Below are positions 10,171 to 19,125 of a stretch of 64,000 bases of DNA, in pieces. This stretch comes from Parcubacteria group bacterium (GTDB lineage: Bacteria > Patescibacteriota > Minisyncoccia > Phycocordibacterales > UBA2135): positions 21,515 through 85,514 of the forward strand of contig JACQLQ010000001.1 of NCBI GenBank assembly GCA_016204045.1. The letters are read 5' to 3'. Position numbers and translations under genes: made by a program. Each line of letters begins with the position of its first letter. Position 1 is the stretch's first letter. The notes under the pieces were generated by a model that was given only the letters and a program-made list of their open reading frames with translations, made no database searches and was not told the DNA's origin.

Positions 10171-10698
10171 CTAGAGACCTTGCCCCGCTCCTTTCCTCGC
10201 ACGATGGACGAGTTCATCGCGAAGTTTTTCTGCAACCTCCCTTGAGAGACCAGGGAGGGTCCCCTCTGCTCCAACCCCCCAGACACCACGACGACGAACA
10301 ACTGCGCTAGCTCCCGCTGTTTGAATCTCGAGATCGGATAAGCCCAATAGCCGAGCAATAATCCCGCGATGAATATCGACGTTTTGGATACGGTTGTAAG
10401 GAATGGTTACGTATGTTTTCCAGATGATGCCGTGCTCTTTGCGAAATCCTTCTTCGCGGAGTTCGTAGCGAACAAAATGGTAGGTAAGTTTGGCAATAAC
10501 CCAGAGGAGAATAATCACAAGTACCCCAAGGGAGAGCAGTCCACCCCACCACAGTACGGGTGATATTTCGAGTTCTTCCAGTAGTACCGCACCCTCGTCC
10601 CCCAAAAAGGAAAAGATGATGATAATTATGGGTAAACCAAAAATGAGCAGGTTTTGAATGAAAAACATCAAAACGGCTTTAGGGTCGAGTTGTTGCAT
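10171..10698 (-). CDS. Membrane protein with bacterial PH domain (YdbS/YdbT, DUF304-like)
   Basis: Two N-terminal TM helices, then WKTYVTIPYNRIQNVDIHRGIIARLLGLSDLEIQTAG. Confidence 0.55.
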   Translation of the reverse strand: MQQLDPKAVLMFFIQNLLIFGLPIIIIIFSFLGDEGAVLLEELEISPVLWWGGLLSLGVLVIILLWVIAKLTYHFVRYELREEGFRKEHGIIWKTYVTIPYNRIQNVDIHRGIIARLLGLSDLEIQTAGASAVVRRRGVWGVGAEGTLPGLSREVAEKLRDELVHRARKGAGQGL

Positions 10699-10710
10699 GT
10701 GTAAAGTATA

Positions 10711-10995
10711 TCACTTGCTCGCTAAAACGTAACGAACAGTTACCTCTTCTCCGATGACGAGGGACTCTTTTCTGCAGACCGACTTTTTTATCGGGATGAA
10801 GTACTGTTTGCCTTTAATAGGAAAGAGTGAGGTCCGCCACGTCGTCTTGCCAACCGTCGCCATGACAGGGATGCTCCCCCACCCACCGCGCGGCACATCT
10901 GGCACCTTCGAGTCCGGAATAGGGACATAGGTCCACGGCGCCTCCATTGGGAACACGTGGAGTTTTTCTTTTACGACAAAAGCCTTAGTAACCAT
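10711..10995 (-). CDS. DUF1905 domain protein
   Basis: The WTYVPIP...GGWGSIPVMATVGKTTWRTSLFP pattern fits DUF1905. The start ATG abuts the tRNA-Leu 3' end; the longer ORF runs into the tRNA. Confidence 0.5.
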   Translation of the reverse strand: MVTKAFVVKEKLHVFPMEAPWTYVPIPDSKVPDVPRGGWGSIPVMATVGKTTWRTSLFPIKGKQYFIPIKKSVCRKESLVIGEEVTVRYVLASK

Positions 10996-11079
10996 TGGTG
11001 CGCAGGGGGGGATTTGAACCCCCAAGCCTTGCGGCATACGCCCCTCAAGCGTACGTGTATACCGTTCCACCACCTGCGC
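10996..11079 (-). tRNA. tRNA-Leu(GAG): tRNA-Leu (anticodon GAG), long variable arm, encoded CCA
   Basis: Manual fold: anticodon loop TTGAGGG, variable arm TGCCGCAAGGCT, T loop TTCAAAT, 3' ACCA. Confidence 0.75.
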
Positions 11080-11164
11080 ATACTTCAATCTCTACGTGGT
11101 TTCTAGTATATGGTAAATCGCATGGTTCGTAAAGAAAACGACCCGTTTGAGACGGATCGGTTCC

Positions 11165-11644
11165 TTACTCCTTCTTTGCTGGTTCTGCGGCCTCTGCTTT
11201 GACTTCTTCTGCCGGAGCTTCCGCGGTTACCACTTCTTCTTCCATGGCTTCTGTGGGTACCATCTCTTGATATTTGACGGTTGCGAAATCGGAGAAGCGC
11301 TTCATCTTGCGACGGGTATCCTTTGCTGTCTTTTCGCGAACATAATAGAGTTTGGCGCGTCGCGTCTTTGAACGGCTGAGGATCTCAATCTTATCAATCG
11401 TTGGAGAGTATAAAGGAAAAATCTTCTCTACGCCGACACCACTCGCAATCTTGCGCACCGTAAAGGTAGCGCCCGACTCTGCGCCGTGCTTGCGTGCAAT
11501 GACGAGACCCTCGAAGGCCTGGAGACGAGTTTTGTCCCCTTCTTTGAGCTTAACCCACACCCGGATCGTGTCGCCGGAGCGGATGTCGATCTTTTTTCGC
11601 TCTTTAATATTAACGGGGGAAAAAGTAATAGTAGTCATAGACAA
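11165..11644 (-). CDS. rplS: 50S ribosomal protein L19 with Ala/Glu/Lys-rich C-terminal extension
   Basis: IRSGDTIRV...FEGLVIARK...[19 protein letters not shown] matches L19. Confidence 0.85.
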   Translation of the reverse strand: MSMTTITFSPVNIKERKKIDIRSGDTIRVWVKLKEGDKTRLQAFEGLVIARKHGAESGATFTVRKIASGVGVEKIFPLYSPTIDKIEILSRSKTRRAKLYYVREKTAKDTRRKMKRFSDFATVKYQEMVPTEAMEEEVVTAEAPAEEVKAEAAEPAKKE

Positions 11645-11661
11645 TACGCCACTCTAACAGA

Positions 11662-12387
11662 TTATCCGCGGCTTTGCAACCCTGGGAATTGGGCATGTAC
11701 GAACCGCGCAAATTCCTCAGGCAGAGGCGCTTCGAGGCGCATACGGGTGCCGTTTGGGTGCGTTAACGAAAGCCCTAAGGCGTGAAGCGCGAGACGACCC
11801 ATCTCTCCTGGGCACTCGCGTCTTGGCGCATAGAGCGGATCACAAAGTATGGGGTGCTCAATCGACTTCAGGTGGACACGCAGCTGGTGCGTACGACCCG
11901 TTTTGGGGAAAAGCGCCATATACGAATAGGCTTCAGAGGTACCGAGTGTTCGGTAGAGCGTCTTTGCTTCACGCCCGTCTACGCCGACTTTCCTCCTTCG
12001 ATAATCTCTTTTGCTTCGAGCAATGGGGGTGTCGATGACGCCCTCTTTCTTACTCACATTGCCGTACACAATGGCACGATATTCTTTTTCTATCTCTCGC
12101 TCTTGAAATTGTTTCTTCAGTGCGAGGTATGCGTCTTGCGTTTTTGCGATAAGCAAGATGCCGGAGGTGTCTTTGTCGAGTCGGTGCACAATACCGGGGC
12201 GATTGATAATGGCGCCGTCGGGCAAGACAAAGGGCTCTCCGACTTTCCCGATCTCTGGATACCTCTCCTCGATCCAGGTAACAACTGTTTCTTCGCTACT
12301 CTTTTTTGATGGCGAGTGCACGAGTAAACCCGCCGGTTTGTTCACCGCAACAATATACTCATCTTCATACACAATTGCTATGGGCAT
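11662..12387 (-). CDS. RluA-family pseudouridine synthase
   Basis: The HRLDKDTSGILLIAKT catalytic motif is present. Confidence 0.8.
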   Translation of the reverse strand: MPIAIVYEDEYIVAVNKPAGLLVHSPSKKSSEETVVTWIEERYPEIGKVGEPFVLPDGAIINRPGIVHRLDKDTSGILLIAKTQDAYLALKKQFQEREIEKEYRAIVYGNVSKKEGVIDTPIARSKRDYRRRKVGVDGREAKTLYRTLGTSEAYSYMALFPKTGRTHQLRVHLKSIEHPILCDPLYAPRRECPGEMGRLALHALGLSLTHPNGTRMRLEAPLPEEFARFVHAQFPGLQSRG

Positions 12388-12407
12388 AGTAGAGAAACGA
12401 ACGCCTG

Positions 12408-13079
12408 TTACTTGCCGCGCCGACGCGAGCGTTCGGGAAACTCTTTTAAAATAGCATCAAATTCTTCTTTCGAAAAATCGGGCCAATAGCTGTCGACAAA
12501 GAAGAGCTCGCTATACACCGACTGCCATGGGAGGAAGTTCGAAAGTCGCTGTTCGCCGCCCGTGCGAATAATAGCGTCTGGATCGGGAAGATTGTTGGTC
12601 CAGAGATGCTTCGCGAATGTTTCTTCGGTAAACCCTAGACCTTCGGCAGAGGCCTTGCGTGCGGCCTCGACAATCTCCTTGCGTCCGCCGTATGAGATTG
12701 CGACAGCAACGGTAATCGCTGTATTGTTTTTTGTCTTCTCCTCCAGGTCGCGCACGAGCGTTTGGATGTTCTGCGGAAGTCGCTCTCGCTCGCCTATGCA
12801 CACGATGCGCGCGTTTTCTTTTTGCAGTTGACCAAACTCCTCTTTGAGAGCAGTCTCAAAGAGCCGCATGAGATACTCGACCTCGTTCTGCGCGCGATTC
12901 CAGTTCTCTGTCGAAAAAGCATAAAAAATGAGTGTTCCGATACCCGCCTCTCGCGCCCACGAAACCACCTCTTTCAACTTTTCGTAACCACGACGATGCC
13001 CTTCAAAGACAGGGAGACCATGCTCCTCTGCCCAGCGGCGATTGCCATCCATAATAATACCAATGCTTTGGGGAATCAT
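12408..13079 (-). CDS. uppS: Undecaprenyl diphosphate synthase (isoprenyl transferase)
   Basis: IGIIMDGNRRWA...FSTENWNR motifs. Confidence 0.85.
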   Translation of the reverse strand: MIPQSIGIIMDGNRRWAEEHGLPVFEGHRRGYEKLKEVVSWAREAGIGTLIFYAFSTENWNRAQNEVEYLMRLFETALKEEFGQLQKENARIVCIGERERLPQNIQTLVRDLEEKTKNNTAITVAVAISYGGRKEIVEAARKASAEGLGFTEETFAKHLWTNNLPDPDAIIRTGGEQRLSNFLPWQSVYSELFFVDSYWPDFSKEEFDAILKEFPERSRRRGK

Positions 13080-13083
13080 ATGA

Positions 13084-13359
13084 TTAATATACTATGGTAA
13101 ATCCTCGAAACTCCTGTGTTGGGGAACGCCAGGCGACCTTAACATTATCCACGCGCGAGAGTAGCGAACCTTTGTGGAGATGCTCAACAAGTTTCGCGAG
13201 GCTTTCTTCGTCTCCCTGCGCCACAACATAGACAGAACCATCTTTGATATTTTGTACAAAACCGAGAAGAGAGAGTCCGCGTGATTTGCGTTGCACAAAA
13301 TCACGGAACATCACCAATTGCACCCTGCCCGTTATTTTTGCTTCAATTTCTTTTTTCAT
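13084..13359 (-). CDS. acyP: Acylphosphatase
   Basis: 91 aa with ITGRVQLVMFRDF (the V-x-G-x-V-Q-G-V-x-F-R family motif). Confidence 0.7.
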   Translation of the reverse strand: MKKEIEAKITGRVQLVMFRDFVQRKSRGLSLLGFVQNIKDGSVYVVAQGDEESLAKLVEHLHKGSLLSRVDNVKVAWRSPTQEFRGFTIVY

Positions 13360-13381
13360 CTTGCAATCAGGGGCTTATGCA

Positions 13382-14176
13382 TTAGAACAAGCTATAGATG
13401 AGATAGGTGAGATATAGAGAAACCACGGTCAGGAGCAACACCCTAAGGTATTTCTCGGGCACCTTGCGGATGTGCCTGGTCATGAAGTTCGCACTGATAA
13501 ACGAGGCGACAAAAATCACGAGGAAATGGGGCCATGCGATGAGCCCGGAGAATGCCGTAACGACTGTTGAAAAGAGTGTTGGCGGCAACGCGATAAGACT
13601 TGCGAGACCAAGACCCTCAACGAAACTTATGCGAAGGATGCTTTGGTATGCAAACCGACTGAATGTCCCGACTCCGACACCACTCACGTTTCCGTACACC
13701 CCAAGTATAAACATCAGGGTAAAGATGAACGGGTAGTGTCTCATGCTAAGGTGTACATTCTCTACTGCTTGCATCTCTGCCTTCTTCCCAATCAACACAT
13801 ATATCAAGAGCACGGAGAGACCCAGTATCAAAACCGCTTTCAAAAACACAACAGGGATGTAGATGAGGAATGCTGTGCCGATGACCCCACCAACAAACAT
13901 GGGGAGGGCTAACATAAAGAGCAGTTTCTTGTTGCTCAGCACCTTCCGAGATGACGCGAGAACTATGCCTATATCTGCCCCTTGTGAGCCGCCGATGTCT
14001 GTCGCCACAACGACTGCGAGCGGCAATCCAATAGCCGCGAGTGTAAACTGTATAAGCACGCCCCCGCTTCCGACGATTGTTGCGTAACCCTCACCGATAA
14101 ACCCAGCGAGGAAACTTGCGAGTAAATGCCAGACTTCAAAATACGGCGGCAGAAGATGCAAGAGAAAATCGGGCAT
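13382..14176 (-). CDS. TSUP (TauE/SafE) family membrane transporter
   Basis: About 8 TM helices, 264 aa, and Gly-rich helices typical of TSUP. Confidence 0.5.
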   Translation of the reverse strand: MPDFLLHLLPPYFEVWHLLASFLAGFIGEGYATIVGSGGVLIQFTLAAIGLPLAVVVATDIGGSQGADIGIVLASSRKVLSNKKLLFMLALPMFVGGVIGTAFLIYIPVVFLKAVLILGLSVLLIYVLIGKKAEMQAVENVHLSMRHYPFIFTLMFILGVYGNVSGVGVGTFSRFAYQSILRISFVEGLGLASLIALPPTLFSTVVTAFSGLIAWPHFLVIFVASFISANFMTRHIRKVPEKYLRVLLLTVVSLYLTYLIYSLF

Positions 14177-14178
14177 GA

Positions 14179-14397
14179 TTACTTAGTGCTCTTTTCTTTT
14201 TTGATTTTAGCGAGCTCGACGGTTGCCGAGATAATAAACACCGCTTGGAGTATGACGAATATTATTTCGTCGATTGATACGCTGTATATAAGGAGTGAGA
14301 TACCACCAATGATAAAGACGATGTTTTGCTTCACCTCATCACGCACCCACAGTGCACAAGAAACTGCCAGCAACCCAAAAATGCCAAAAGTGATCAT
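14179..14397 (-). CDS. Small hypothetical membrane protein (2-3 TM)
   Basis: 72 aa and hydrophobic, translationally coupled upstream of the TSUP gene. Confidence 0.35.
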   Translation of the reverse strand: MITFGIFGLLAVSCALWVRDEVKQNIVFIIGGISLLIYSVSIDEIIFVILQAVFIISATVELAKIKKEKSTK

Positions 14398-14401
14398 ACG
14401 G

Positions 14402-14474
14402 TGCGCGGTGAGGGACTCGAACCCCCGACATCTTCAGTGTAAATGAAGCGCTCTACCAACTGAGCTAACCGCGC
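14402..14474 (-). tRNA. tRNA-Val(TAC): tRNA-Val (anticodon TAC)
   Basis: Manual fold: TAGCTCAGTTGGTAGAGC D arm, anticodon loop TTTACAC, T arm GGGGGTTCGAGTCCCTC. CCA is not fully encoded (CCG). Confidence 0.75.
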
Positions 14475-14485
14475 ATATTACTTTC

Positions 14486-14651
14486 GAGCTTAGACCTGCC
14501 AAAACAGCTAACTGCACATTATATCGAGCTTAGACCTGCCAAAACAGCTAACTGCACATTATATTGAGCTTAGATTTATCAAAACAGCTAACCGAGCATA
14601 TTACTTCCGAGCTTAGACCTGCCAAGACAACTAACCATCCTTGTCTCTAGC
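14486..14651. repeat. Four tandem ~40-43 bp repeats (gagcttagacctgccaaaacagctaactgcacattatat), each a degenerate copy of the tRNA-Val 5' third
   Basis: Units sit at 14486-14525, 14526-14565, 14566-14608 and 14609-14651. The unit tail ctgccaaaacagctaactgcacat resembles the tRNA-Val 5' region ctaccaactgagctaaccgcgcat. Confidence 0.7.
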
Positions 14652-14653
14652 TA

Positions 14654-14725
14654 TCCCCCCGGCAGGAATCGAACCTACATCAATGCCTTAGAAGAGCACT
14701 GCTCTATCCATTGAGCTACGGGGGG
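14654..14725 (-). tRNA. tRNA-Arg(TCT): tRNA-Arg (anticodon TCT)
   Basis: Manual fold: D arm TAGCTCAATGGATAGAGC, anticodon loop CTTCTAA, T arm GTAGGTTCGATTCCTGC, acceptor CCCCCCG/CGGGGGG. Confidence 0.7.
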
Positions 14726-14766
14726 TATCATACAACACGCACCGCGCATTGTACCTCGTTTCCGCT

Positions 14767-15102
14767 TTATTGTGAAGGATCGCTCATGCGCGGCGGCGGT
14801 GTCGTAAGGAGTTCCACAAGCGTTGCTTCTTTTGCTTTGTAAATCTCTTCGAGATCCCCGATATCTTCAATGCTGAGGGCGGTCTCTTCGCTCTCACTCA
14901 ACGCATGCGAGGCAAATACCTCTCCATCGGAAATCGCAATAAACAAATACACACCAACGCCCGCAGACAATATAAGAAGAACGAAAAGCCCAACAACAAG
15001 AAACATCCAGTCACGATACGGGGATGGTTCCGTTTTTGCGGAATCATAATCAAAAACCCCCTTAATGCGTTCGACGATATTTTTTGTGCTTAAGGTTTTC
15101 AT
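14767..15102 (-). CDS. Hypothetical single-TM protein, last gene of the pilMNO operon
   Basis: 111 aa with one TM helix, immediately downstream of the PilO-like gene. Confidence 0.35.
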   Translation of the reverse strand: MKTLSTKNIVERIKGVFDYDSAKTEPSPYRDWMFLVVGLFVLLILSAGVGVYLFIAISDGEVFASHALSESEETALSIEDIGDLEEIYKAKEATLVELLTTPPPRMSDPSQ

Positions 15103-15114
15103 TTGTTGTGCACG

Positions 15115-15735
15115 TTACGCGGCGTCCTTTGCAATAAAACTTTTTATATCCATCATGAACGCGCCCTCCCATGGGCCAACGCGCTTCCCGTCTTCAAAAC
15201 CACCATCTGTGTTCCTGATGACAAACTGCTCAAGTGCCGTGTTGTAGGGAAGCGTTTCAATAAGGGCGAGTAGGTAGTACACACTTCCGAACTCCCCATA
15301 CACCTTGAACCGCACTCTAAGAAACGGATTTGACCCACCACCGCGTTCGATAGTTACGTGTTCAATGGTGGTTGTCACCCCCGCGCGCCTCCCGACAGTC
15401 TCCATCTCTTGGAGGAACAGCGCAACATTATTTTCTGAGACAAAATATTTCTCGAGGGCGTCGCGGGTCGCCTTCGTTTCAGTAAGCGCATGTCGTATCG
15501 CGCGATATGTTTGTTCCTTCTTTGCCTCGCCTCCAAGCTCTTCGAGGAGTGTTGCTGTTGTGACGCTTTTCTTTATGATCGTATACAATACGGTGCCATA
15601 CGCACCAATCGCTATCGTGATGAAAACCATGAGCAACACGAGTAACCGAACACCCTTGGAAAGTCCGCGCGGACGCCCCGCTCTTGGTGGCGCGGTGGAG
15701 GGGTCTTCTTTTGTGTTTTGTCTTTCTTGGTCCAT
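15115..15735 (-). CDS. pilO: Type IV pilus assembly protein PilO-like
   Basis: N-terminal TM helix, coiled coil and a C-terminal domain; it follows pilN, the canonical pilMNO order. Confidence 0.5.
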   Translation of the reverse strand: MDQERQNTKEDPSTAPPRAGRPRGLSKGVRLLVLLMVFITIAIGAYGTVLYTIIKKSVTTATLLEELGGEAKKEQTYRAIRHALTETKATRDALEKYFVSENNVALFLQEMETVGRRAGVTTTIEHVTIERGGGSNPFLRVRFKVYGEFGSVYYLLALIETLPYNTALEQFVIRNTDGGFEDGKRVGPWEGAFMMDIKSFIAKDAA

Positions 15736-15744
15736 GATACGAGA

Positions 15745-16329
15745 CTACTCTCCAAGCATCTGTTCCTCGCCTAAACGATAGGTAAGCGTAATCGAAAAGG
15801 GAATATCAACACTCTTTGCCAATTGTTCCACGGGGAGCGCAACCTTGCCCACAAACGAAAGACCTTGGAGTCCCTCGGAAAATGACAAAAGAGAAGCGCG
15901 GTTCTCGCTCACGCCGCGTACGACCAACGTCTGGGTGATTCCCTTCGGTTTTTTGGGCTCCTCGCGGTAGAAAAACTCCTCAATAACGACCCCTTTCTCC
16001 TGCTTCCCAATAACAGCCTTCACTATTTCGGTGTGGGTAAGGAGAACCCTCTCTTCTCCCCTAAGAAGCCCTGTTTTTTTCTTTGCGGCACGGGACTGTT
16101 CTGTAACGAGCGCTTTCTCAGCCCGCTCTGTTGCTTCGCGTGCAATAGCCAGCCGCTCTCCCGCGGCACGTATGTTCACTTCACCCAAAAAGAGGGCTGG
16201 CAAGGTAAAAAGTGTACTCAACGTGGCGAAGAGTATGAAGAGGATAGCGGCAACAGTAAGGAGACGCCCCCGATATCGTCGGTAGACTGCTCGTTTCTGT
16301 ATTTGCGGAAGAAGGTTAATTGATGTCAT
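15745..16329 (-). CDS. pilN: Type IV pilus assembly protein PilN
   Basis: N-terminal INLLP motif (MTSINLLPQ), a single TM helix, and a position between pilM and pilO. Confidence 0.7.
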   Translation of the reverse strand: MTSINLLPQIQKRAVYRRYRGRLLTVAAILFILFATLSTLFTLPALFLGEVNIRAAGERLAIAREATERAEKALVTEQSRAAKKKTGLLRGEERVLLTHTEIVKAVIGKQEKGVVIEEFFYREEPKKPKGITQTLVVRGVSENRASLLSFSEGLQGLSFVGKVALPVEQLAKSVDIPFSITLTYRLGEEQMLGE

Positions 16330-16358
16330 GCATTAGTAACAAGGAGAATCGCGAGGGA

Positions 16359-17462
16359 TTAGAGATGGGAACGCAAGGCAAGGCCTATGGCGGTGACATA
16401 ACGAAGCGCGTGATTCTGTGAAATCGGTGGGACATATTTTTCGGTCGACGCAACGTTCTTCCACGGGTTGCCGAGAGTTACCTTCATACGCATCGTAGAC
16501 GACAGGTATTCGGGGAGTCCGGGTACGTTTGCCTCTCCCCCACAAAGAAGAATCTCAGCCTCCTCGCGACGCCCGGTTACTGGGATGTTCTGATGTGTGT
16601 GCCAATAAATATAGTGCCGCTGTACCTCATCTCTCAATGCGCTGACTGTGGGCTCAAGGATAGAAAAGAGTGCGTCTTCTTTGTTGCCGTGCGAAAGTCC
16701 TCGTGTTTCTTTATAGCGTTTTGCTGTCTCCCAATCGAGACGCATTTTCCGTGCAATGACTTCGGTCAACATGTTGCCGCCAACTCGGAGTGTCGCGGTG
16801 AACCGCACGACACCTTCGGAAATGATGGAGACGCTCGAGCGCGTGGCGCCGAGGTCGACAATCATGTACGTCTTGCAGTCCCCAGGCGAGAGAAGGGCGC
16901 GAGCGAGCGCGTGGGCCTCGAGTTCAAACGAGAGCGGGACAATACCGGTGGTCGAAAATAACTCGACATACTCCTCAACGCTTTTCCTTTGCATCACCGC
17001 GAGCCCAACATCGTGCACATGTGCTTTCTTGCGGGCCTCCTCATCGCCGCACGTGATGAGTGAGTAGTCAAAAATAGCATCCTTGGGAGAGAGGGGTACA
17101 TGTTCTTCGAGTTGGAGCTCTACTGTGGAATAGAGCTCGCGCTTGGCGACACGGGGAATTTGGATTTTTACGAGATAGCTCTGCTCTTCTGACAACGCAA
17201 CACGCACGAACGAGAGGGTAAACTCACGCTCGAGCCGGAGGAGTTCCGTCTTCAGGGCGCGCGGGTTCTTAATCTCCCCCTCAACAACAATCCCTTCGGG
17301 GAGAGTCCTCTCCCCGAAACGGCTAAGTTCTAGATGCCCGTTTGCGCTTTTGAGCTCTGCAAATCTAATAGAACGATCTGATATGTCGAGCCCAACACTC
17401 GGCATGAGCAAAGACTTCGGCGGCGGGAAATATTCGAAAAAAAGATTGCTTGGACGCATCAC
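16359..17462 (-). CDS. pilM: Type IV pilus assembly ATPase-like protein PilM (actin/FtsA fold)
   Basis: VGLDISDRSIRFAEL start and DLGATRSSVSII are typical of PilM/FtsA-like proteins. Confidence 0.7.
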   Translation of the reverse strand: MMRPSNLFFEYFPPPKSLLMPSVGLDISDRSIRFAELKSANGHLELSRFGERTLPEGIVVEGEIKNPRALKTELLRLEREFTLSFVRVALSEEQSYLVKIQIPRVAKRELYSTVELQLEEHVPLSPKDAIFDYSLITCGDEEARKKAHVHDVGLAVMQRKSVEEYVELFSTTGIVPLSFELEAHALARALLSPGDCKTYMIVDLGATRSSVSIISEGVVRFTATLRVGGNMLTEVIARKMRLDWETAKRYKETRGLSHGNKEDALFSILEPTVSALRDEVQRHYIYWHTHQNIPVTGRREEAEILLCGGEANVPGLPEYLSSTMRMKVTLGNPWKNVASTEKYVPPISQNHALRYVTAIGLALRSHL

Positions 17463-17499
17463 TTTAAGTATAGCAAACTACGTTGCGCAATTGTGGACT

Positions 17500-18117
17500 C
17501 TACTTCACTAGCAAGAAGGCAACAATAAGGAGTAGGACGAGTGCGATGGTACCAATGTTGAAATAGCGATACGCCAGATCTGTCGCCTTCTTGCCCCATA
17601 GTCGCATGAAGAGCCCTATCGCAAAGAATTGGAGGCCGCGCCCAACGAATGACGCGACAACGAAAGTGAGGAGATTAATCTTAAAGAAGCCCCCCGCAAT
17701 GGTAAAAACCTTAAACGGAATGGGGGTAAACGCGGCGGTGAAAAGGGCGAGGAAGGCATTGTCCGCAAAAAGTTTCCCCGCCTGCGCAAATGCGTCTTCT
17801 AGGCCGTAGAACGCGATGAGCGGCGCGCCAATGAGGTCAAAGAGGAAGAAGCCCACCGCGTAACCACCGAGACCACCCAAGACAGAAGTGACGGTAGTGA
17901 GGAGGGAGAGGTACACCCAGCGGCTCACATCGGCCATTAATACGGCAATCAGGAAAAAGGCGATCGGAACAGGAAAAAAGATTGACTCAATGAACGAAAA
18001 AAATCCAAGCCATGCGTGTGCGTGCTTGCCTTGCGCATGCCTCACAAGCCACGCATGAAACTGCGCTTTATAGTGTTCTTCTTTCGCACGAAATGACGTG
18101 AACCGTTCTTGTATCAT
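17500..18117 (-). CDS. YqaA-family (DedA/VTT-domain) membrane protein
   Basis: Conserved FLALFTAAFTPIPFKVFTIAGG segment. Confidence 0.6.
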   Translation of the reverse strand: MIQERFTSFRAKEEHYKAQFHAWLVRHAQGKHAHAWLGFFSFIESIFFPVPIAFFLIAVLMADVSRWVYLSLLTTVTSVLGGLGGYAVGFFLFDLIGAPLIAFYGLEDAFAQAGKLFADNAFLALFTAAFTPIPFKVFTIAGGFFKINLLTFVVASFVGRGLQFFAIGLFMRLWGKKATDLAYRYFNIGTIALVLLLIVAFLLVK

Positions 18118-18494
18118 TTGTTTTTATCGATGAAGTGTTGGAGGATAAGCGCCGCCGCAGAAGCGTCTAAGTCTTCGCGCTCTCCTTGATAGCGCTTCGC
18201 CTCGGCAGAGGTGAACATCTCTGATTCGAAAGAAACAGGGAGACCAGTTTTTGACTCCAGTTCTGTTTTAAACTGGCGAATTTTCTCCATAATGGGATTT
18301 TCGCGTTTGCTGTAGCTTATGGATTCTCCAATGATAATGTGCCTCACTCCTTCAGTGCTTGTTATATCGACAATCTTCCCTAAAAGATTCCTGTCGGTCG
18401 GTACTACTGAATGCGGAAAAGCAATGGTTCCTTCATCATCAGAGAGAGCTACCCCTGTCTTGCGGGAACCGTAGTCAATGCCCATGTATCTCAT
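18114..18494 (-). CDS. ruvX: Holliday junction resolvase-like RNase RuvX/YqgF
   Basis: MRYMGIDYGSRKTGVALSD start matches YqgF. The upstream ORF extension overlaps tRNA-Ser and was discarded. Confidence 0.8.
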   Translation of the reverse strand: MRYMGIDYGSRKTGVALSDDEGTIAFPHSVVPTDRNLLGKIVDITSTEGVRHIIIGESISYSKRENPIMEKIRQFKTELESKTGLPVSFESEMFTSAEAKRYQGEREDLDASAAALILQHFIDKNK

Positions 18495-18543
18495 AGAGGT
18501 AGTATATGATATATAGTATATGGTATAAAAGCGGGATATATAA

Positions 18544-18628
18544 GGAGGGGTGGCAGAGTGGTCTATTGCACTGGTCTTGAAAACCAGAGCACCGCAAGGT
18601 GCCGTGAGTTCGAATCTCACCCCCTCCG
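18544..18628 (+). tRNA. tRNA-Ser(TGA): tRNA-Ser (anticodon TGA), long variable arm
   Basis: Manual fold: acceptor GGAGGGG/CCCCTCC, anticodon loop CTTGAAA, variable arm GAGCACCGCAAGGTGCCGTG, T arm GAGTTCGAATCTC. Confidence 0.8.
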
Positions 18629-18652
18629 CAGATCGAACGCAGTGAGAGCTGC

Positions 18653-18788
18653 GGAGGGGGTGAATTGTGAAGGGGTCGGGAAACGGTAGTTTCCCGTGTA
18701 GGAGAGCAGTCCCGACTTGGGTCGGGACGTTGAGAACCGTGGGTTCTCAAGGAGGAGCGGGAGCGACGACGTCTCACTCCCCTCCGCC
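18653..18788 (+). other. tRNA-like structured element: acceptor-stem-like ends (GGAGGGGG ... CTCACTCCCCTCCGCC) bracketing three regular 7-8 bp tetraloop hairpins
   Basis: The 5' end repeats the tRNA-Ser 5' end, and the 3' end repeats the tRNA-Ser T-stem/acceptor 3' end. The hairpins lie at 18677-18696, 18709-18728 and 18732-18748. The tRNA 3' end also forms a 12-bp inverted repeat with 18649-18660. Confidence 0.4.
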
Positions 18789-18894
18789 AAAATTGAAACT
18801 TCACGATTTGCGGTGAAATTGTATCTTTTGTACGAACCTTTTAAAAAAGAACGATTAAAAATCGTTCTTTTTTGTTTGCGTAATGATATTGTAT

Positions 18895-19098
18895 TTACTT
18901 TCTATATTCCAAAATATCTCCAGGCTGGCATTTGAGTGCCTCGCAGATCGCCTCCAAGGTTCCCAGCCGGATCGCTTTAGCTTTGCCATTTTTCAATATG
19001 GAAATATTGGCCATCGTGATGCCGACTTTGTCGGCGAGCTCGGTGACGCTCATCTTCCGCTTCGCCAACATGACGTCGATGTTAATGATGATTGCCAT
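18895..19098 (-). CDS. XRE-family (Cro/C1, YozG-like) HTH transcriptional regulator
   Basis: 67 aa with MSVTELADKVGITMANISILKNGK, a typical HTH_26 pattern. Confidence 0.75.
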   Translation of the reverse strand: MAIIINIDVMLAKRKMSVTELADKVGITMANISILKNGKAKAIRLGTLEAICEALKCQPGDILEYRK

Positions 19099-19125
19099 AG
19101 GGTTATGTATCGTGAGATTGTCGAA

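Noticed and set aside
10996-11088. 5' extension of the DUF1905 ORF
   Set aside because: It overlaps tRNA-Leu.
14486-14651. Possible CRISPR array
   Set aside because: The units are directly tandem with no unique spacers, and they are derived from tRNA-Val sequence; no cas genes are present.
18495-18620. 5' extension of the ruvX ORF (MRFELTAPCG...)
   Set aside because: It is the reverse complement of tRNA-Ser; the true CDS starts at MRYMGIDYG.
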